From Psammoneis japonica (Eukaryota): DNA of 20,000 nucleotides. A program made the position numbers and the translations under genes. Position 1 is the stretch's first letter, and each line of letters starts with the position of its first letter. Positions 9,198-19,200 of the stretch are shown here, piece by piece. The stretch lies in NCBI GenBank assembly GCA_008632985.1, contig QPGO01000068.1, forward strand, positions 357,564 to 377,563, given 5' to 3'. Below the pieces are notes generated by a model that searched no databases, was not told the origin of the DNA, and saw only the letters and a program-made list of their open reading frames with translations.

Positions 9198-12100
9198 TCA
9201 ATGGCAGTGTCCCATCACACGTTGAGTGTGGCGAGTGTGGAGCACCCACCCAAGAGCCTTGGCAAGGTCATTGCTGGGGTTGACAATGCCAGGGATGTGT
9301 CTGGTGACAATCTTGCCCGCTTCCTTCCATTCTTGAATCGCGAAGAACTGAACCTCAATGTGGTGCGAACGCTCAGTCGGAATCGAATGATTGATGATCT
9401 TGATGGCCGATTCGTTGTCAACATGCAAGGGGGTTGGCTTCATTTGGGAATGACCAAGGTCATGCAGCACATGGCGGAAGCAAAGAACATGCTTGGCAGT
9501 GGCACCAGCAGCATGGAATTCTGCTTCTGTAGAACTCGCAGCGGTCACCGACTGCGTCTTGCAATGAAAGGAGATGGCAGCACCAGCCAACATGCAAGCA
9601 CATCCCATCATAGAATGTTGATTACGAAGATCATTTCCACACACAGCATCAAGGAAGGCAACAAGTTGATGGTCACACTCAGGAGTGGGGAATGATGGGA
9701 GAGGAGCGGGGAATGACGGGAGAGACGGATCGGGACTCAAGCATTCACACGGATGGGCAGGGAGGCTCGGGTCACGTTTAGATTTCTTGTGGTTCAATTC
9801 CCAATGTTTGGCACATCGGAGACACTTGCGTGCACCCTTGAGTGCATCGCAGTGCACTGCCGCAGGGCAAGTGGAGAACTTGGAAAGGGCAGTGATGGCA
9901 TGGCCAATGTCGAGTCGACAGACAACATGTGCATGCAACAGCTCACCAGGGAGGGTGTGGCATCCAAAACCAGCAGCTTGTTGCAGCTCCACATGTTCCG
10001 GTGTACCTTCAGCAGGACCAATGTCAGTGTAAAGATCTCGAACAGAATCCACCGGAATTGGAGTCGCCTTGAAGTCATCAAGCAGTTCTTCATCACTTGG
10101 CGCAGACCAACCGCATGAGAGGCAAACACGGTCAATGTAATTGTAGATGGCGACACCAATTGAATCATCATGCTGATGGACATCCACACCATTGAATTCC
10201 TCCAGGAGGCCAAGGTGCTTGAAAGGCGGAGCAGTTTCCGAGTCCAGTTGAAGGGCTTTGCCAATCCTGTCACAGATTGCATTGGCAATGGACTCCCCGG
10301 GGCAAGCAATGGCAAAGTCATCAACCTGTTGAAGGAGCAAAATTTTGTGTCCTTCAAATGCAGCAGAGCAGATGCATTTGTCGTGAGCAGTGTTCCGGAA
10401 TAAAAGATTCACATCAGATGAGACACCATCAATGTGATTCTCCCAGAGCATGCCGGCTTCTGGGTGTCCTTGAAGAGCATGTTGCATGGGAAGTGCCATG
10501 CTCCTGTCCAACTCCTTTCCAAAGTGAGACTCATGCCAAGTCGCATGTGCATCGTCAACAGCAACATGGACAGGATGTGACGGGCAGGGAGAATGGGCAC
10601 AGGCATCGCGGGCATCACTGCCATGTGCTGGACAACCCATTGCAGCTGCCAGGGCAAAGAACATCTGTTGGATGGGTTGTTCAACACAGGAGGAGCATGT
10701 TGAACAAAGATGATGGAGAACAAATGCAGCACGAGGGGATCCGTTGCAACACTGACGAGAGCACCGCGCACTGTCATGTTTGAGGTCATGTTGCCAGTGT
10801 GGTCTCAGTGCAACTGCATCCTTTGGATGTTTGATGGGAGCACCAAACATGCCCAACTCATGAAACTGGTCAAGTTGTTTAAATTCACCCATGCGCCATT
10901 CAGGCCAAGTGTCCAATTGCTTGAGTCGATGGCGAGTGAAGGTGCCCAAGGCTTGTTCCTCTGGGGCAATTGCGCGGGAGGAGATTGCATGGACTTTGAC
11001 GACACCATTGTTGTGGTCAACATGTGCAGGTGGCAGGACGTTGTCATCATCAATGGCTTCGAAATCAGCACTGGGATGGCGCACCGCAGCAATGGCACGT
11101 GTGTCGGCCTGTGCAAGCTCCGGGACATGTTCATCATCAGGGTCCAGGGTGGGGGAGAAGATGTCATGTTCCATCAGAGCATGTTGGAGAGCTTGAGAGT
11201 CCAAGCAACGTTCTGGCGTGAATTCAATTTCAAAATGTGTCTTGCCAGACTCACGCAACTGCTGGAAATGCTTGACAGCATCATCACGGGTAAAAACTGG
11301 TTGATGATCAATCGATGCAACACACGCGCCTTTGATCTTGTTGCGGGTTGCCTTCAAGTTCGAGAAAAGATGATCAGTGGGGGAACCACGTTTGATGTCC
11401 GAGACGAAAACACGTTGGCACAGATCATCCACAGCCAATGAGAAGCCATGAGAGGGATCCGTGAAAGGTCCTTTCATGGCACGTGTGATGGTCTTGGCAA
11501 AAGGGTTACCATGAAAGTGAAATTCATCCACAGTGGTCTCTTCAGTGTCGGCAGGGAGGGCATCACCAGCCTGAGCACGTTGCAAATGAACAACATTCGG
11601 GGGAATAGAGTCGTGGGGTAAATCATTCATCCCCTCATCACATCTGATGTGCTTGGCCAGCTCAACACGCGATGTCTCAGTGTCGCACCACAAAATGTTC
11701 TTGGTGGCATCCGGAAGGCATCCCAAGAAAATCCCTTTGCGTGATGCGGTCCGGAATTTTGCCGGACGGTGATTCAAAGCACGCACCCAAACGCGACAAC
11801 CAAACGTGTGGAAGTTCCGAAAATCATCCTTCTGACCAGCAGCAAGTGCAATCGGAGCAGCAGTCTGCCCCCGGGATGGCATGGCATTCTTGATCCGAAT
11901 GAAGTGATGGAAAGCATGGGGCCAAAACTTGATGGGTAAATCCGCACCAACAAGCATCACCTGAATGGCATTGGCAATGGTCAAATGACTCCGTTCAACT
12001 GGGCCACTCTGATTCGAAGCGTCTTTTCCAGTGGGACGAATTGCACAATGAAAGTCATCCTCGAAGAGTCGCCGAACTTCTGGGTTCTGACATGACTCAC

Positions 12101-14325
12101 CTCCTTGATCCACAAATGCATGTTTGTCTGGACATTTTGGCGAGTGCTCTTCCAGAAAGTGGCGAATCCAATTCAAAGGGGTTGCCTTGGAGACACGAGT
12201 CGCACCATGGAGATGCTTCGTTTTATGATCATAAATGGCAATCCAACAAGTCTCGCCATTCAATCCAACACAGTCCTTGGTGCGCTCCGAGTTCTTGGAG
12301 CGTAGGCCAGAGAAGGAAAAATCAATCGTAAGGCCTTGGCATGGTTGGGTGGCAGTGAGAGTGGTGTTCGGACCGGCAGGTTCCTTCGTCTGCTTGGCTC
12401 GCATGCATGTGGGACAAGTGTCGAGAGGAGAAGTTCCGTGGGCAAACTTGGGGACGCCATCAACATGTTCATGGGCATGATGAAGGCAGTGATCACTCGG
12501 ATGACCAAGTCGCTGATGCCACAAAAGACGTTCCGTGTCGGCCTTGAGAGACTGGACAGGAATGTTCTTCTCAGCATGCTTCTCGAAAGGAACATCTTGA
12601 CAGACACGGGGGATCAACTTGCATTCATCACGAAGAGCTTCATGTTGGTGGGTGCGACAAGTCTCAATCACACACGCAGAGACCGCTTCACACTCATTGG
12701 CAAAAGAAGGATCAGCAGTCTTGAGGCGCTCGACAGATGCATCCAGTTCGTCGTTAGATTCCGGGAGAATGAGAGGGTGAGCAAAACATTTTCCATTGAT
12801 CAATTTTCCATGAATGACAACATCCTGACTCTTGCGCAATCGGTGTCGTGCAACAAACTTGCAGGCACCAAGATCATGGAACTTGAGAATGCAATCGACA
12901 TTGCAATCTGTGAAACGAGAACCATTTTGACGAAGGAGGAGTCGCTCATCGACCAACGTAGATTGGATCTGTGGGTGGCAGCATGCACGGACCTCAACAT
13001 GGCCATCAGAGTTCTCTGCAGGGATGCGAAGACAGCCGAATCCAACTGGGACAGCTTGGTGGCCAAGGGCCGGGTTGACAGCAAGGGGACAGGGATGGGA
13101 CGGAGTGAAGTCTTGGCAGCAATGGAGGAGGTCACGGTCGCCTGCACATGCAATGTTGGCACCTGCATCCAACTGAGCACAACGTTGATGCCACAAAAGG
13201 CGTTCCATGTCGGCCTTGAGGGATTGGACGGGAATGTTCTTCTTGGCGCACTGCTCAAATGGGACATCTTGAAATGCTCGGGGAATCAACTTCCTTTCCA
13301 TGCAGAGAGCATCATTTTGGCATGCACGATGTGTTTCAATCATGTGGGCCGAGACTGCTTCACATTCATCCACAAAGGAGGGGTCACTTGCCTTGAGGCG
13401 CTCGACAGATGCATCGAGCTCATCATGGGATTCTGGGAGAATGAGTGGGTGAGTGCAACACTTGCCATTGGTCAATTTCCCATGAATGACGACATCCTGA
13501 CTCTTGCGCAAATGATGCCGTGCAACAAACTTGCAAGTGCTGAGGTCATGGAACTTGAGGATGCAACCAACATTGCAATCCATGCGACGGGCACCATCCT
13601 GTTGGAGCAGCAATCGTTCATCAACCAAGGTAGATTGGAGCTGTGGGTGGCAATGCGCACAAATCTCAACATGTCCATCAGAGTTCTCCGCAGGCATGCA
13701 AAGACATCCAAAGCCAACTGGGACAGCTTCATGTCCAAGAGCTGGATCAACAGCAAGCGGGCATGGGGCAGAAGGAGCAAACGCCTGGCATCAATGTAGG
13801 AGATCACGATCTCCAGTGCAGGCAACATCAGCACCAGTGTCAAGTTGAGCACAGCGCTCATTTGGGGCAAACTTGACACCATTGACAGCGCAGGCAGTGC
13901 GGAGCAGATCTGGTGGATCCAAGTCATCATCATGCAGTGAGCCAAGCGGGGCAATGCAGACAGAATTCACTGCGGTGAAACCATCCTCAACAGCAATGTC
14001 GTCATGGGTGAGATCAACGAACTTGGCAAATTCACATCCCTCTAAATCTTCCCTCCCCTGTTCTAAAGAGTCCAGAACAGGATCAATCTCCAATGTGCCA
14101 TCAGGGAGAACAGGATCGTCATCAGGCAACTTGGTGGTGTCAGGAGAGACCTTCGAGTCGGGGGTGCAGTCCGCATCAGTCGTCGAAGAAAGAGGCAGCA
14201 CAGTGGCAGATGACGAGACGGTTGGTCCCTCTTTCACAGTCATCCCGCTGACATTGGTCTTGTCTCAGTGGGCAGAGAATGGGCTGCATCGGAGATCCGA
14301 AACTAGCTGCGACGGCCCGACTGAA
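9198..14325 (-). pseudogene. pol: pol of element 1 (two protease copies, integrase, RT, RNase H)
   Basis: LDTGA and LDAGA protease motifs; WHQRLGH...CPTC; TIDF / VDQGGE / GPVERS (DDE integrase); ALQGHPEAG and LLQQVDDF (RT); SSTEAEF, VDNES and HIEVQFFAIQEW (RNase H). Same frame throughout, with two in-frame TGA stops (~14265 and 13791-13793), probably from CGA. Confidence 0.9.
12514..13857 (-). repeat. In-frame 672-bp (224-codon) tandem duplication of protease plus pre-integrase linker
   Basis: TGATGCCACAAAAG at 12514 and 13186. The protein block CAQLD[T/A]GA...QSLKAD[M/T]ERLLWHQR occurs twice. Confidence 0.95.
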
Positions 14326-15769
14326 AATCTGAAGACTGGACACCAGCACTGGGTGGAGAATCAGATGGGGCTTGATGAGGCGGCAACAAACCTTGTGGTC
14401 CTTGAAATTCAGAGGCTTGCATGGCCGCTTCGCGCTTCAAAAATTGACAAAAACGCACATGGAAGCCCTCATTGTATGGGTTGTTGTTCAAGACAGGACA
14501 GTCATGGAACAAGTGCTCGTCAGAACAAACAAGGCATGGTTTCTTGGAGGCCTCTGTGGGAGCAACCTTGAGTTTGTGTGCCAAAGCTGAGCAGACATGA
14601 TGAAGGAGACGATCTTCATCTTCTGTGGAAGGTGCGTCAAGGTCATTCAATTCAGCACAGAGGGAGTCAAAGGTGTCCTCGGGGGAGTTGTCGATGTTGG
14701 TGGCTTCAGGCAGCTCGTCTGCATCCTCTGCAATGGGAGGGACATCCGGAATGGTCAAGGAATTGACATCGGCAGTGGTGCGACGCGCATCGCCTGGGTG
14801 TCGATCCCATGTGCGGCATGGATTGCAAGGAGTCGCACGGGTTGCAAGAGATGGACTGTCCAACTGACGAAGGAAGTCAGACAGAGTCTCAACAATCTGT
14901 GCACCCGTGTGCTTCTTGAGCATGGCAGGAGACTTCCTTTCGTCCCTGGCAGCACGGGATAAGAACTTGGAGCATTTGGTGTTCTTGATAAAAACAGTCA
15001 TCTCTTGAGAGTCATCCAACGTAGAGTCCGCATTAAAGATGTGAGCACGCAGCTGTAGAAAATCCTTGAAACACAAGCGACAGTCCGTCAATGACAGATT
15101 TCCTTGAATGGGGCAGGAATCTACCAAACCAGCAGCCTCGTGATTGAAAGCCGGGTGGTTCTCGCAGACAATTTGCTTGAGAGCCTTGCAGCCATTGCCA
15201 TGGCATGAGGCAACAATCCGATGATGCTTGCTGTTCTTGGGGAACACATCAGACTTGGAAAGGATCTTGTGAAGGGAACTTTGTGCTTCTTTACAATGAA
15301 CATACATTCGTTGGGGCAAGTCATCGTCTTTGCCATTGCCAATCTCAAAACCCTTCTCACCACCATGGTCCTTGGTGAAGCACCACAAAGGATGCACGCA
15401 GCATCCTGAGTCAAAGGAGTGACGTTGAAAATTTTGGTGCCATGCACGTGTCCCAGCGGGAGAATCATCATGGCAGATTGGAGGTTCCCTGAATGGCATC
15501 TTCTGGTCAGGGGCCGAGCTCATTGTAAACAGGGCACCATCATTGAGAATGATGCGGTCAGACGCATCAACATGGTGGCGGAATCCATGGCCACAATGGA
15601 CTGGGGAGCTCTTCAGGGTGACGGCACCATGTTCTTTGCAGTCGTAGCATGTGCAAACATCAGGAGGCAGGGTGTCAGGATTGAAGAGACATTTGAATGC
15701 TGTGGAAGATGCAGGAGTTCCAGAGGTCTTGCCAGAGGAGTCACGAGTCAACAACCGAGTCTGATTCAT
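14303..15769 (-). pseudogene. gag: gag of element 1 (5'-truncated or interrupted)
   Basis: 488-aa ORF directly upstream of pol with a zinc knuckle CLVCSDEHLFHDC, ending SDFQSGRRS*. Strongly Tyr-poor and His/Cys-rich. Confidence 0.8.
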
Positions 15770-15814
15770 GGATGACGCTTCCGGTCATGGATCTCTTCTT
15801 CCGGAAGAAATGTC

Positions 15815-16023
15815 TGTTGAGTCTTCTAGCGACAGTAATCGGAGTGACACACACGACCGTTAGGTCATAATGTCATCTCCAATCCCTCGTGAGATCTTCT
15901 CACAATTCGTATCTTTGGCGCATCTCATTGTCCCAAAACTGCTTCTTGTCATCCTCTGTTGCATTGTACAACCTCAAGAGAGTCCTGAACTCTCCATCCT
16001 ACACAGTGCATTGTTGTATCCCA
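15815..16023 (+). repeat. Putative 5' LTR of element 2
   Basis: Starts TGTTGA, where the composition switches, and ends ...CCA two nt before a TGG-starting PBS-like motif. Alternative starts at 15811 or 15871. Confidence 0.5.
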
Positions 16024-16025
16024 AG

Positions 16026-16038
16026 TGGTTACGACCCC
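16026..16038 (+). other. PBS-like motif TGGTTACGACCCC
   Basis: CA-ag-TGG arrangement typical of copia LTR/PBS junctions, 180 nt before the gag ATG. Priming tRNA not identified. Confidence 0.5.
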
Positions 16039-16109
16039 AATCCACGCACCGGTGTCAACTCGTAACGGAGTTGCTGCCACTCGTTCGTCTCGTTACAGAC
16101 GACATCCTG

Positions 16110-16193
16110 TCCAACGGCGATCTTCTACATCGCAATCCAACGGCGATCATCTATGTCGCAATCCCCACCTGCTAATCGATCCTCTATGTCGAA
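16110..16193 (+). repeat. 26-bp tandem repeat (2 copies plus a partial third) in the element 2 leader
   Basis: TCCAACGGCGATCTTCTACATCGCAA, TCCAACGGCGATCATCTATGTCGCAA, then CGATCCTCTATGTCGAA. Confidence 0.85.
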
Positions 16194-16205
16194 TCATCCA
16201 CAACC

Positions 16206-19200
16206 ATGTCCATGGATCCTGATGCCGTCAAGATGTTTGCTGAGGCCTTCGCCAAGATGCAAACCTCGACCAACCCTCCTACGATCCCCACGCCGCTTCG
16301 CGGCGGTATCCACCACTCTCATGGAGTGCATCTGGGTGGTTCGGCTCTGAACAACAAGCACGAGCAGACCGACACCCGCACCCACCGTTTTGCCTCGCAA
16401 CGTCGCCATCCGAAAGCTGTCGACTCTGTCGAGCAATCTCTCAGAGATCAACTCGCTTCGGCAACCACATCCAAGTTCAACGGCCAGATTGAGTTGTCCA
16501 ACGGTTCCAGTGCTGAACTGGACAAAGACCACTTCGTCAAGACCATTCAGGACTTGATCGAGTCGCACGGACAAGAAACTTTCTACCATCTCAAGAAAGT
16601 CGACGGCAAGGTCGTGCACCTTTTTGATCATCTTCACGCCTTCACTGTCAAAGACCTTGAGAAGGAACATGAGACCCGTGTGGTGGCCACAGGTGACGAA
16701 GGCTACGATCAGTGTGAAATCGATGACATTGGCTTGTCACAACTCATCATCAAGTCGCGCATCACCGAAACCTTCCGTGAAAAGATTGAAACCAAGTTCA
16801 ATCACTTGAAGAACTGCAAGGATCTTCCGGGGTCTGTCTCATTTATGATGGCTCTGGACACCTGCAACGCCAGTGCTCTGGTTGACGTCAAGGCCGCCAA
16901 GGAAAAGTTGAACGACTTAACTCTGGACACCTGCCCTGGTGAGGACTGCACCGAGCTTGCAACCGAAGCTCTGCGCCTGCTCAAGATCATGCAGACGGAC
17001 TGTGTGTCACCAGTTGAAACTGGGTCTGCCATTTCATCTAAGGTGTCAAAGACATCCTCCGAGTTTTTCAATCGTCAAGTTTTTGCCAAGCTCGACTCCG
17101 TCAAGCGCTTGGAGCGCAAATGTTGCTTGCGTGACCCGGCAGAAGTCCCCAAGGATGCCGACTGTGCGGATCTTGGACCTGTTGGCCTTGTTGGCTGGAT
17201 CACCAAGACCCGTGGCGAACTCATTAGCGATGAAGATTGGCCTGCCTTAGCAGCCAAGCTCCCGGAATCCAACCTCGCCAAGGACAACTCGGAAAAGCAT
17301 TGCTGCGGCTGTGGCAAGGTTGGGCACACCAAACGCACGTGTCCTGCCTGCAAGGAGCAATGCAAGAAGGACAAAAAGGGCACGGCGGACAAGTCCAAGG
17401 ATGACCCTCCGGATGTCCGGAAGACCAACCCTTCCAAGAAACCACCCAAGCCGGCCTGGCGTTTCGTTCACAAAGGTGCCACTGTCACCGACGAGAAAGG
17501 CATGACCTGGCACTGGTGCGACAAGTGTGTGAACAAGGAAACGGGCAAGAAGGGCATGCATCAAGGCCACTCCTCTGCTCAACACACCGGGAAACCGTCT
17601 GTCAAAACCGAAACCACCGCTGTGGCAAATTTATCTGCTGTGTCGGACCCCTCTTCAGGCATTCCTTTTGGTCCTCCCGAGCAGACAACGTCTCCACCTA
17701 CAGACGAACCCTCTGACCCTAACGAGCTGGTTCACTGCGGCATGTGGTGTGCACCTGTGGACGACTCTTTGAGCTCGACTCCAGTGACTACGACCGTCAC
17801 GTTCACTCCTGCTCCATTGGCCGAGAGGGAGACTGCCGTGGCCAAACCCGCTCCCATCTTGGTTGAAACAGTTGACCCCAAAGACGCTGATGATTGCTCC
17901 AAGCACTCCGACGCTCACTCCTCTTTTGACTCCCTGCCGTCAGCTGTCGAGCCATTTCCGGCCTGTGCCATGCATGAGATTCAAAATCCGGACGTGTTTT
18001 ATGACACGATCGCAACTCACGTGGAAGGTCTGTCCGACGACGTGTTGGACGATCTCGTTTCCGGGGCAAGCATCCCACCTTTCGAAGACAGCTACGAGCA
18101 CTTACCTCCAAGCACCCAGTGTCGCGGTTTCGAATTTTACGATCCCGAACCCCAAGATGTTGATTGTGGCGTCGAGGAGGCAACGCCGAGCTCTCGTCTT
18201 GAGCTCTTCTGGAACTTCTTGAAGCTCCAAGTTTTCTGGCTGTTTGCCATGTTCTGGGAAACGGCACCACACATTTGCTGTGCGCCGATTCCTGTCTTGC
18301 CTCGTCGCATGCGCCGCAAGGCATTCATCCCAACCATTCACGGTTTCCCCTCTACCTGGATGGTGCTGACTGGAGCTGTCATGGTCTGGGCGTCTGTTTT
18401 CAATGGTCAGCTTCCCACGTGTCCATTCTCCAATGTCCCCTCTCGCTTCTCCAAAGCCAGCTCTCAGGTCCACTCGATCATTGAAGAACTGGACGACAAG
18501 ACAGTGTCAGATCCGGGCAGTTTGGTGGAACACAACAAGATCAAGGCGCGACAAGTGCTTGCCGAATTTGTGGAGCGCGATCCGGACCATTGTCTGAGCA
18601 AGAAATTCATGCAGCTCTGGGAGAACGACGTGTGCTCTTCCCCAGGCCGCTGCATCCCTCCAGCTCTAGAAGACCCCGAGTCCCACTTCGACACCTGTGA
18701 TTCAGAGGAAGCCCTCGGCCCGCTCCCGACCGAGCCGAGCCACTGCTTTGATGCGGTTGAGGAGCTCTCTCCGGACTGTTTTCGTTTCGACGAGCTGTCC
18801 ACCAAGTTTGGTTTCGTGGACACCACTCCATGGCAAGACCCTGTGAAGCTTCTCCAGGCAGCTGCTGACGGAACTGAAGCCCATCCTGCTCATGCCTCTG
18901 TGCAGGTGTTGACAGGCCAACGTTCTTTAGCACAACTCGCCGCCGACCCGCAAGCTTTGCTGAGCCCAGCACATGAGCGCCACACCGTCACATGCGACAC
19001 TGGCGCATCCTTGGCCATTGCTTACGATGAAAACGACTTTGTCGGACCTCTGACGATCCCTGATGGCCCATTGAAGCTTGGGGGTCTAGCAAATGGCTTA
19101 ACCATCGCCGGCATCGGACCCGTCTCCTGGGTTTTCCACAACGAGGATGGCTCTGAGCTCGTCGTCAAGACGATGGCGCACCATGTGCCTCAGGCCGGAC

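Larger units (their letters stand above)
8842..15814 (-). mobile_element. Ty1/copia (CoDi-like) LTR retrotransposon 1; inactivated; 5' end displaced by element 2
   Basis: Order gag - protease - integrase - RT - RNaseH - PPT - LTR on the minus strand. Boundaries are approximate. Confidence 0.9.

Noticed and set aside
12336..13799. 487-aa plus-strand ORF and many other long ORFs after 7.8 kb
   Set aside because: Antisense or off-frame shadows of pol and gag. Their length is explained by loss of TAA/TAG through TpA depletion.
16110..16193. CRISPR-like array
   Set aside because: Only two adjacent units plus a partial one, no unique spacers, eukaryotic retroelement context.
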